Shown piece after piece: positions 43,711 through 52,333 of a stretch of DNA of 52,333 nucleotides. Each line of letters begins with the position of its first letter. Position 1 is the stretch's first letter. Below the pieces are notes generated by a model. The model searched no databases, was not told the origin of the DNA, and was given only the letters and a program-made list of their open reading frames with translations. Origin of the DNA: Actinomycetota bacterium (GTDB lineage: Bacteria; Actinomycetota; Humimicrobiia; Humimicrobiales; Humimicrobiaceae); the NCBI GenBank assembly GCA_023487035.1, contig JAMDEN010000083.1, positions 1 through 52,333 of the forward strand. Direction: 5' to 3'. A program made the translations under genes and the position numbers.

Positions 43711-46700
43711 TTATTTTTTTACTAATATTTCCCCGCAAATAACTTTAGGTATCTCTTGCTTTTCCAGGTCTATGGTTTTTCTTTCTTTAAGTAAGTCAAA
43801 TTCATTTACTATTCTTATCAGTTCACTTATAAGTTCATTATCTGACAATCTCTTCCTATAAAATATTCTAAGCTTTTTATTTATACCAGTTGGTATAACT
43901 GATGAGAATATCTTAATTAAATTTGAAATAGTTAATTTTCTTTGCTCGTATTCTTCACTAAATTCGTTTAAATTGTTTAATAACATTTCCAATTCTTTTA
44001 ATACATAATCCTGCTCTCTTGTTCTGCTTTTAAATTTTCTATCTTTATCTAATTGACTTTCTTTCATCTTTTTCCTGAAAACGTCAAATGTTTTAGAAAT
44101 AATACTATTTGCCTTGCTTGGCAATTCTTTTAATCCAATCTCATTAGGGTCAGCTTTAACCAGCCTTATAGCTTCATCTTCATTCTGGCTAATAATTTCG
44201 CCATTTTCATCAGTTATATAGAAAGAATAATGTTTCCCCAATCTGCATAAAATAACATACTTGTTTTCATCAGTTTTCCTGATACACCTTACACCATCCT
44301 GCATATTTTTTATCTTTTCAAATAATTCAGGATTATTGTCCTGAAGCTGTCTAATCACGCCTTCAGCTTCACTGATTATGAATTCTTTCTCATCAAAAAT
44401 TTTCTCATCCCTTATATCATAAATTGCATACATATCATTCGGATTTAAAATTTCATTGTCATCAAGATACTTACCGTCCTCACCAAATATATTGTGAATT
44501 TCCTGAATTCTTTTTGAAACCCTTTCTCTAATACCCAATTTTTCTTCAAGTTTTGCTTCAGGCAAGAAATTATAAACAAATATTTCATCCTGCTCCGAGC
44601 CAATTCTGTCAACTCTTCCAACTCTTTGAATTAACCTGACAGGATTCCAATGAATATCATAATTTATAATTACATTACAATCTTGAAGATTTTGTCCTTC
44701 GCTTAACACATCCGTTGAAATAAGAATGTTTATCTGATTATTAAAATCATTTTCAGTTCCATCATTTGCCTTAGGCGAGAACCTTCGTACAATTGAAACA
44801 AGATTAACTGTCTCACTGCTAACTTTCTCAATCTCACCATTAAAATCATTTCCCAGGTTTTCATAAATATATTTTGTAGTATCCGTAAACTGAGAAAATA
44901 TTAGTATTTTTTTATTTTTCTGTTTTATTTCTTTAATTTTTACTTTTAACTGATTAAGTTTATCATCATTTTGAGCCGTAATATTAGCAATGATATTTTT
45001 TATTTCTCTAAATATATTTAAATCATTTAAAAGATCACTTTTTAACTTTTCTATTTCAAAGGCATATATTTCATATTTTTCACCATGTGCTTCAATGATT
45101 TTTTCCAGCTCTCCAGTAAAATCAATCTCATTATCAAGATATTCATCAGTACCATAAATAAAAGATTGAGCTTTATCGCCTATAGGTAAAAGCTTAAGAT
45201 TATCTATTGCTTCTAAATATACTTCATGAATCCTTATCATTGTATTAATTGTTTTTCTGAATGCTTCAATACTGCTTTCAATTCTTTTAAGTAATAATAC
45301 TTTTACAAATCCTCTTAAATTTTTACCGGCATTTTTTAACTCTCTATAAGGACTTTTTCCGTTAAATTCTTTTTTAACATAAGAAAACAAGTTATATCTT
45401 GCATATTTTAATGAACTTAAATAATTTAAAATTTCAGAATACATATTGCTGTAAACATTTTCTATGCTGTAATTTATTGGCTCAGGGATATTTCTTTTTG
45501 GGAAGACTATTGGTTTTCCATTTATTTTTTCATCAGGATAATATTTTTTTATGTGAGCCCTTGTTCTTCTTATTAGAAGATGCTCAAGAAGAGACTGTAA
45601 ATTTACTTTTTTTTCTATTGCTAAATTAATAAATTCCTTAATATTTGCAGGCGTAATCGGAATATCTGTTTCATCTTCATGATGAAATAACTTTATCTGG
45701 TTATATATATCCATTGGAGAATTATTTTGAGGGGTGGCACTCATTAAAATTAATTTCTTATCATAAGGTAAAAGAAATTCAGATAAATTTTTATATCTAT
45801 TATTTTCATTATTTCTAAAATTATGTGATTCATCTATTAATATTATTTCTTTATCTATATATCTTTTTAATCTTGAAAGTCCATCACTTAGGCTTAACTC
45901 CCCTATGGAAATAATTTCAGCACCTAAATCATAAATATTATTGTAGCTTTGCCACATCTGCAAAAGTCTTGGTGGACAAATGATAAGAGCTCTTTTTCCT
46001 TTTTTATGATAATAATCGATAAGAGCAGATCCAATATAGCTTTTACCTAAACCAACTACATCAGATATGAAAACCCCATTATGTTTTTCAAGCATATTAA
46101 TTGCAAGAGCAACAGCTCTTTTCTGAAACTTTGCAAGATCAATAAAAATATCACTATCACCTAATATGAGTTCATCGCTATCTTCCAGCCTGTCTTTGAC
46201 AAGATTGTATAAAATCTTCAGATATATTTCATAAGGAGTTGGATAATTAATAGCCCAGGAATTATTGATTTCAGTAAGCATTTGTTCACTAAAATCTTCA
46301 CTATCATCCCATAGTTTTTCAAACCATTTTGTTAAATATTCATGTTCTCCTTTGCCTTCAATCAGAACATTTAGTTCAGTATTATGGGTTAACCCGGCAA
46401 GGGTAAAGTTTGAAGAACCAACAATAGCAACTCCATCTTCCACAATATTTACCGGATTTCCATCATTATCAAATAATTGTTTTTTATAATCAAAAATATA
46501 TGCTTTTGAATGAAGCTTGTTTTTTAGATAAACTTTAAACCTTATTTTTTTTTCTTTTATAAAATCAGCAAGTCTTTTTAAAGTTAATTCATTTTCATTG
46601 GTGACTTCTGAAGTTTCTATCGATAACCTTACATCGCTTTTTGCATTCTCAATTAAAGGCTCCTTGGCTCTTTTGGTTAATTTTTTATCATTGTTTTCAA

Positions 46701-46950
46701 TTTCCTTAGCAGCATCATCTAAATATCTATAACCTAATGCTATCTCTTCTATGGTTTCTTTATTTGAACTATTGCCAATTATAATATCTATATTTTCAAG
46801 TTTATCTAATTTATTTATCAGGTGGTTAAATCCTTTAATAAAAAAATATCCTGTGGCTATTTTCAAAGATTTGGACATAAGTATGTAGGATTCAATCCTA
46901 TTTAACAAGGAATTTTCTCCTGTAGAATTATCTATTATTCTATGCTGCAC
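43711..46950 (-). CDS. PLD-nuclease / SNF2-type helicase fusion
   Basis: ATGYF, LHSKAYIFD and GSSNFT...ELN (single HKD); DVVGLGKS, DESHNFRN, SATP, SEGQNLQ and WNPVRLIQRVGRVDRIG. Confidence 0.92.
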   Translation of the reverse strand: MQHRIIDNSTGENSLLNRIESYILMSKSLKIATGYFFIKGFNHLINKLDKLENIDIIIGNSSNKETIEEIALGYRYLDDAAKEIENNDKKLTKRAKEPLIENAKSDVRLSIETSEVTNENELTLKRLADFIKEKKIRFKVYLKNKLHSKAYIFDYKKQLFDNDGNPVNIVEDGVAIVGSSNFTLAGLTHNTELNVLIEGKGEHEYLTKWFEKLWDDSEDFSEQMLTEINNSWAINYPTPYEIYLKILYNLVKDRLEDSDELILGDSDIFIDLAKFQKRAVALAINMLEKHNGVFISDVVGLGKSYIGSALIDYYHKKGKRALIICPPRLLQMWQSYNNIYDLGAEIISIGELSLSDGLSRLKRYIDKEIILIDESHNFRNNENNRYKNLSEFLLPYDKKLILMSATPQNNSPMDIYNQIKLFHHEDETDIPITPANIKEFINLAIEKKVNLQSLLEHLLIRRTRAHIKKYYPDEKINGKPIVFPKRNIPEPINYSIENVYSNMYSEILNYLSSLKYARYNLFSYVKKEFNGKSPYRELKNAGKNLRGFVKVLLLKRIESSIEAFRKTINTMIRIHEVYLEAIDNLKLLPIGDKAQSFIYGTDEYLDNEIDFTGELEKIIEAHGEKYEIYAFEIEKLKSDLLNDLNIFREIKNIIANITAQNDDKLNQLKVKIKEIKQKNKKILIFSQFTDTTKYIYENLGNDFNGEIEKVSSETVNLVSIVRRFSPKANDGTENDFNNQINILISTDVLSEGQNLQDCNVIINYDIHWNPVRLIQRVGRVDRIGSEQDEIFVYNFLPEAKLEEKLGIRERVSKRIQEIHNIFGEDGKYLDDNEILNPNDMYAIYDIRDEKIFDEKEFIISEAEGVIRQLQDNNPELFEKIKNMQDGVRCIRKTDENKYVILCRLGKHYSFYITDENGEIISQNEDEAIRLVKADPNEIGLKELPSKANSIISKTFDVFRKKMKESQLDKDRKFKSRTREQDYVLKELEMLLNNLNEFSEEYEQRKLTISNLIKIFSSVIPTGINKKLRIFYRKRLSDNELISELIRIVNEFDLLKERKTIDLEKQEIPKVICGEILVKK

Positions 46951-46952
46951 GA

Positions 46953-49900
46953 TTAAACACTTCCTGCTTTATTTAATCTATTTTGAACTAATTCACAAAC
47001 TGCCCAATATACTTCTTTTCTCTCTTCTTCAGTTAAGCCTAAAATATCGAAAATAATATCATCTAATGCTTTACGATCTGGAAGAGGATTTGGTTCTTGG
47101 GAACGAATTGGAATTTTTGGGTTAAAACCACATTCCTCAAAAATAGATAATATTTTTCGTGATAAAAATCCTTTATTAATTTTTTCTAATATTTTATTAT
47201 TTAAAAATTCTGGATTTAATACAAAAATTCTCTCTGCTTCATAAACTTTAAAATCAAGTGCTCCTTCTCCTAGATTTGTTCTTGCTCCTAATTCAATGAA
47301 AATTGGAGTAATTGAAGAATTCAATATGACTGTTAAAATATCATAATCTTTTTGATTATATAAATAAATATCATATAGCCTAGCATCTACTAAATTATTT
47401 TTGTTTTGCCAAAATATGTGTCTATCATTAAAACTCATCATACAAAAAAAATCGCTATTTTCAGATACTTTTAAACTACTCCAATTATGTCTATTTGAAC
47501 ATGTTGGTCTCTTATGAAAATTTTGTCTTTCCCCCCATTCAATGTATTTTAAAGTATAGGTATCTTTGAGCTCCTGTTTGGATTTATTGCATAGAAAAAC
47601 TTTGTACTTTAAATCTTTGGGATTAATTATAATTGACTTACATTCTCTTGGAGATTTAATAACAGGTTTTAAAAATTCTTCTTCAATAAAGCCCTCCCAT
47701 CCAGCACCATTTCTAACATGTAAAAGCCCTTTAGGGGCTGGTTTTCCAGTAGGCTCAACGTAGAAGAATTCATTTGCACCAGTTTTAATTCCAAATCTTA
47801 CTTCTGCAACTTCTTTCAATGGAATTAATTTACCTTTTCCTTTTTCCAGTATCTTATAATAAATATCTGGGGCTCTTAAATATTTTCCTCCCCATTTTGA
47901 ACCTGTATATTTGCCAATATTATCCTTATAATCAATTTCATTTTCATCATTTTCAATACCTTCTTCTAAAAGATCTTTCTGGCTTTTAACAATCATTCTA
48001 TAGTATTCGTTATTTATTAGATCATTTTTTAAATAAATTTCTAAAATATTTTTTAGTGTTATAGAGTTCTCAAATGCAGTTTTGTGATTTATAAATTTAA
48101 CCTTATTTAACAAGACATCATAATTTTTCTCAGGTTTTCCAATTGAAATAATTATTGTGTTTATATCAGCACTTTTAAAAGACCTTTTAGCTGAGTTATC
48201 ATGAATGTCTATAATCCTGAAATTTTTTAAAAGAAATTCCTGAAGGAAAACTCCATATCCTACATCAAGCCATGAAGTAGAATTTATAAAAGTAAAAATA
48301 CCTTTTTCTTTTAGCAATGAAAGAGAGATAAAATAAAAATAAACATAGTAATCTGACTTTTTATCAAATTTACTAATTTTTTCTTTCCCATAAATATTAA
48401 TAACATTATTTATTAATTTTTCTTTATAATGGCTTTTAATCTCAACGCTAATCTTATCTTTTTCAATTAAAGGTGGGGCTATCTCTTCCTGTCTAATATA
48501 AGGTGGGTTCCCGATTACTATATCAAAACCCCCTTTTTGCACTTCAAAGAAAACATCAGCAAAATCAAGATCCCATATAAAGAAGCCTTTACCTTTTAGT
48601 TCAGAGATTTTATTAATAATATTATCAATTCTTTCAATCTCCAAATTTAGATTTTTCTCATTTAGTTCTCTTTCTAATCTAAATTTATATAGATCAGCCT
48701 TTTCCTTTGTACTGCTTTCAAAAAGCTGTGATGGATCTGCAACTTTTTCAGCATTATAAAGTAACTCAAATTCTCTAATTAAATCCCGTTTTTTAAGAAT
48801 AAGGATGGATTTTATTATTTCCCTCTCTTTTTCTTCAATATCTTGTTTAGTGATATTAGAATCGTCATGATAATAATATCTTAACTTTAAATCCTTTAGC
48901 TCTTTTATATCTTTTAGTATTTTAGGATTAGTTTTATTAGCAGAATTAGTATCCCTTAATATAATTTGGTAACCCTCTATTTCAGATAGCAGACTGTCAC
49001 CATGTCTAATTTTAAAATCAAGAGATGGTAGTATTGGATTATAACCAAAATTGGTAATACTTCCTTCATAATCTCCAATAAGATAAAGCCAAAGCCGCAG
49101 TTCTGCAATCTGAACAGCCCAAGGTTTTATATCAACTCCATGGATTACTTTCTCTATTAAATCCTTTTTTAATTTAAAAATTTGTTCAAAAAAATGAATC
49201 TCAGATTCAAAAATGTTGATGTTTTCCAGTTTAATAAAAATATTTATTATATTTTGAAGTATACCTATAAGAAAAGCACCGGAGCCGCATGCCGGATCAA
49301 CAACTTTCATATTGTTTAATGCTCTTGATATAAGTTCTTTTTCTGAAAGAGTGAGGGTTTCAGAGTAATTCTCAGATTCTTCTTCTAAATAATGTTCAGA
49401 AAATATTAAATTAATAAGTTTTTTAAGGTCGACTTTTGTCTCTGAACTTAGAAAATGCAATAGTGATTTTTTGCACATAAAATCAACTTCAATTCGAGGA
49501 GTATAGAATATGCCTGAACCTGATCTTTCATCTGAATTTACTATTCCCTCATAAATAAGGCCCAGCATTTCCGGATCTATTGCAATTTCTCTATCAAATG
49601 GAGTATCTTCAGTTATTGTAAAATTATATCTATTTATTATTTCAGAAAATATTTCATTTATAAATTCATCACTAATTGCAGCTTCATTAATATCAAGTTC
49701 GCTTTTCTCAAATAAGCCTCCATTTAAATATGGAAGTTTTTCAAATTCAATAATAAGCTTCGGGGAAAGATTTTTTGGCATATATTCTTTATGCTTTGAA
49801 AAAGCATAAAAAAATAAAGGCTGAAATATATCAATATAAATTGAAGAATTCAGGTTAGGGTTTTCTGAAATATAAGATTTATACCTTTTTAATAATTCCT

Positions 49901-50594
49901 CTAAAAAATTGGGATTATTATTTAACCATTTTTTCTTTTCAATATATTTTAAAAATAAAATACGGTTAAAAAACTGGAGAGCAAATGCTTTTGATTGCTG
50001 CAAATCATTAAAATATTTATAGAAATTTTCAGACAGCTTATCCACATATTTTTTTATTATTGCAAAAAACTCTTCTGTTACTGGTTCTATGTCAAATATT
50101 TTATTACTACTTATGTGTTTTATAATATCAGCCTTTGAATAGTTATTGCCTATCTCAAGCTTTGCAATCTGCTCTGAAGCCGTCCTTAGTTTTTCACTTT
50201 TTGCAATTGTGTAACTCGATAGTTTGATGTTATCCTCAGATTTAACAGATACATAAGTAATTTTAAATATATTTTCAGAATTATTTGAAAAAACTATGAT
50301 ACAATCAGTTTTCTTTGAAATTTTTCTGGAAATCTCTCTTTGAATAATGCGGCCTTTATTTAAATCTGGTAATTTTAATTTACAGAAAAATATAAAAAAA
50401 TTATCAACCTCATTAATTAAATTTATAGAGTCAATATTATCTTTTAATTTGGAGCTGATAAAGTCTTGTACTAAATTAATTTCGGATTGCAATGAGGTAG
50501 TTGGTTCAAAATTTAATTCAGTAAATAGATTCTGGACATCCTGCTTTGAATTAAGGTTGTGAAAAATTGTAAATACTTCTTTCGGATCCATCAT
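46953..50594 (-). CDS. Large N6-adenine DNA methyltransferase (Eco57I/type IIG-like) with C-terminal target-recognition region
   Basis: YLNGGLF, DPEMLG.IYE, GIFYTPR, DPACGSGAF, GFDIVIGNPPY and GIKTGANEFF motifs. Confidence 0.92.
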   Translation of the reverse strand: MMDPKEVFTIFHNLNSKQDVQNLFTELNFEPTTSLQSEINLVQDFISSKLKDNIDSINLINEVDNFFIFFCKLKLPDLNKGRIIQREISRKISKKTDCIIVFSNNSENIFKITYVSVKSEDNIKLSSYTIAKSEKLRTASEQIAKLEIGNNYSKADIIKHISSNKIFDIEPVTEEFFAIIKKYVDKLSENFYKYFNDLQQSKAFALQFFNRILFLKYIEKKKWLNNNPNFLEELLKRYKSYISENPNLNSSIYIDIFQPLFFYAFSKHKEYMPKNLSPKLIIEFEKLPYLNGGLFEKSELDINEAAISDEFINEIFSEIINRYNFTITEDTPFDREIAIDPEMLGLIYEGIVNSDERSGSGIFYTPRIEVDFMCKKSLLHFLSSETKVDLKKLINLIFSEHYLEEESENYSETLTLSEKELISRALNNMKVVDPACGSGAFLIGILQNIINIFIKLENINIFESEIHFFEQIFKLKKDLIEKVIHGVDIKPWAVQIAELRLWLYLIGDYEGSITNFGYNPILPSLDFKIRHGDSLLSEIEGYQIILRDTNSANKTNPKILKDIKELKDLKLRYYYHDDSNITKQDIEEKEREIIKSILILKKRDLIREFELLYNAEKVADPSQLFESSTKEKADLYKFRLERELNEKNLNLEIERIDNIINKISELKGKGFFIWDLDFADVFFEVQKGGFDIVIGNPPYIRQEEIAPPLIEKDKISVEIKSHYKEKLINNVINIYGKEKISKFDKKSDYYVYFYFISLSLLKEKGIFTFINSTSWLDVGYGVFLQEFLLKNFRIIDIHDNSAKRSFKSADINTIIISIGKPEKNYDVLLNKVKFINHKTAFENSITLKNILEIYLKNDLINNEYYRMIVKSQKDLLEEGIENDENEIDYKDNIGKYTGSKWGGKYLRAPDIYYKILEKGKGKLIPLKEVAEVRFGIKTGANEFFYVEPTGKPAPKGLLHVRNGAGWEGFIEEEFLKPVIKSPRECKSIIINPKDLKYKVFLCNKSKQELKDTYTLKYIEWGERQNFHKRPTCSNRHNWSSLKVSENSDFFCMMSFNDRHIFWQNKNNLVDARLYDIYLYNQKDYDILTVILNSSITPIFIELGARTNLGEGALDFKVYEAERIFVLNPEFLNNKILEKINKGFLSRKILSIFEECGFNPKIPIRSQEPNPLPDRKALDDIIFDILGLTEEERKEVYWAVCELVQNRLNKAGSV

Positions 50595-50726
50595 TATTTA
50601 AAAATATTAATTTAAATAATTATATGTACTATTAACAAGTTAGGTTAACAGTTAGCTCTTTGAAAAAATCAAAGGCCATGTAAACACTTTTGGTATAAAA
50701 CTAGATTTTTATAATACCCATTCTAT

Positions 50727-51503
50727 CTATCTCGATAATGTTAATTTCTTTTTTATTAATGTCCCATTTTTAATATGATAATTAATTTCATGATCAAGAC
50801 AAAAATTAATAATTTGATCGCTTAGTTTATTATAATAATTAATTCTATCCATATATTTCGTAACCATGGCATTATAATTTAATTTTCCAAAAATAATCTT
50901 ATTCACAAAAGATATTGATTCTAATATTTTTTTGAAATCCTGGACTAAAATGTTTGGTGTAGGATAAGGTTCAATACTAACCCAGGTTTTAAAACCTTTT
51001 CTATGCAGATGATAAAGACTCTCAATTCTTTTAAGATAAGGTGCAGAAAAAGGTTCATATTTTAGCCTGAAGATTTCATTTAAGGAGATTAATGTAATAC
51101 CATATTCATTTTCTTCTGATAGCTCAGAAAGTGCTTCCGGTAAAATTCCTTTAGTAAGAACAGTGCATTTTATATTATTTTTATTTAATTTTTCTACTAC
51201 CTGAAAACTTAAATCCATGACTTTTTTTTGATTATACATGAAGGGATCAGTTGAAAAACAAAGGTGGACAAACTTTATTTTGTTTTTAAATTTTGGAATT
51301 TCCTCATCTAATAATTCTAATGTATTAGAGACTATTTCTGGCCGAATCCATTCTTCATAATTTTTCACCTTGCCAAACCTTTTTGCCATTAAAAATGCAT
51401 AACAAGGATATTTACAGCCATGAGAACATCCTTGAATATGGTTAATGGTATAATCACCATATTCAACACCTGTCTTATATAATAAAGTTTTTCTGGTAAT
51501 CAT
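50727..51503 (-). CDS. Radical SAM protein, spore photoproduct lyase-like
   Basis: N...GCSHGCKYPCYA Cys motif; STDPF, VLTKG, GITL, EP..AP...RI and TWVSIEP. Confidence 0.85.
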   Translation of the reverse strand: MITRKTLLYKTGVEYGDYTINHIQGCSHGCKYPCYAFLMAKRFGKVKNYEEWIRPEIVSNTLELLDEEIPKFKNKIKFVHLCFSTDPFMYNQKKVMDLSFQVVEKLNKNNIKCTVLTKGILPEALSELSEENEYGITLISLNEIFRLKYEPFSAPYLKRIESLYHLHRKGFKTWVSIEPYPTPNILVQDFKKILESISFVNKIIFGKLNYNAMVTKYMDRINYYNKLSDQIINFCLDHEINYHIKNGTLIKKKLTLSR

Positions 51504-51686
51504 TCGCTATGAATTAATTATTTTTTAGAATAAAACAATTTTATACTTGAACCTTGCCAACTGTTTGTCAGTTTAAAAAATATTTTATTCTCTTTATAAA
51601 ATAAAAACAATTAATATAACATATAAATATTAAAGAGAATTAAAAAGATTAAAGTTTTATTTTTTATTAAATAAAAAATTTTTAAC

Positions 51687-51704
51687 TTATACGTCCCTGT
51701 GACA
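51687..51704. repeat. 18-bp direct repeat, copy 2, covering the GNAT stop codon
   Basis: TTATACGTCCCTGTGACA, identical at 37581-37598. Confidence 0.8.
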
Positions 51705-52333
51705 ATTTTTTGTAATAGGTGAACGTGTAGTAAGCTCTCTTTTTGAAAATAATCTTTCAAATAAAGATTGCTCTTTCTCTGTAACTTTTTCTATTGTAGT
51801 TAAATCAAGCCTTACAAGCGGGAAATATTCATCATTTTTTCTAATTAAAAAACCATTTTTTATAAGAAATTTTAAAGGAATTAAATGAACATTTCCAAAT
51901 TCTTCTTCATCAATATCTTCATTTTGTCTTTTTGCAATTGCTTCTATTGATTTTCTTCCCTGCTCTAATGTATCCTTTTCAATTGAAAGAAGCAATCTCT
52001 CACCAACGCCAAAGTCTTCATATTCGGGTTCAATAAACATACATGCAACAAATATACTTTCACCATCAGGGGGATAAATAAAAAATTCTTTTAATCTGGG
52101 AAATAAATAATAATCTCCGTAAATTACCGCACCTATTATGTTGTTTTTATTTACGTATGCAATTTTTATTTTACCGCCGTTTTTAATAAAAAACTCTACC
52201 TTATTGCTGTTGTGGCTATTATTATTTTTTATTTCAAATAGTTTTGACTTAAAAAAATTTAAAAACTTTTGTGATTTTTGCAGTTCCTCTATAATACCTA
52301 ACTTACTTAATCTGTTAATTTCAAACCAGTAAT
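51687..52333 (-). CDS. GNAT family N-acetyltransferase, start beyond the right edge
   Basis: The track ORF frame stays open to the window end: ...IAYV...IGAVIYG...FP...SIFVACMFIEPEYEDFGVGERLL...GRKSIEAIA...FLIKNGF...PLVRLDL. Confidence 0.75.
   Translation of the reverse strand, partial: YWFEINRLSKLGIIEELQKSQKFLNFFKSKLFEIKNNNSHNSNKVEFFIKNGGKIKIAYVNKNNIIGAVIYGDYYLFPRLKEFFIYPPDGESIFVACMFIEPEYEDFGVGERLLLSIEKDTLEQGRKSIEAIAKRQNEDIDEEEFGNVHLIPLKFLIKNGFLIRKNDEYFPLVRLDLTTIEKVTEKEQSLFERLFSKRELTTRSPITKNCHRDV

Noticed and set aside
43108-51503. Calling the locus DISARM or BREX
   Set aside because: Core genes drmA/drmB and pglZ/brxC are absent from the window.
52138-52332. Plus-strand 64-aa ORF at the right edge
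   Set aside because: Antisense to the open GNAT frame, which continues to the window edge.

Overview
Very AT-rich bacterial chromosome segment, mostly encoded on the minus strand. The tilS-hpt-ftsH-folE-folP-folB/K order, the lipoproteins and the terminal GNAT gene suggest a low-GC Actinomycetota lineage (inference). Four blocks. (1) 1-16.4 kb core: DUF192 gene, tRNA-Pro(CGG), dusB, coaX, a Ni/Co ECF transporter with a NikR-like operator, folate genes, ftsH, hpt, tilS and a YmdB-family gene, plus a 215-bp MITE. (2) 16.8-29.3 kb: a LacI-regulated catabolic cluster for an unknown substrate, with a NitT/TauT ABC importer, two Gfo/Idh/MocA dehydrogenases, a TIM-barrel epimerase, and NagB-like, M20, ligand-degenerate M24 and cyclase enzymes. 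(3) 29.5-37.4 kb: seven type II toxin-antitoxin pairs around tRNA-fMet, with a decayed IS1202-like element that has a 15-bp target duplication. (4) 37.6-51.7 kb: a segment bracketed by an 18-bp direct repeat. It holds a nonsense-interrupted surface protein, DUF1638, two AAA/wHTH ATPases and a candidate defence locus (radical SAM, N6-adenine MTase, PLD-SNF2 helicase, stand-alone Mrr_N protein). All calls come from motifs read by eye; no database searches were run.
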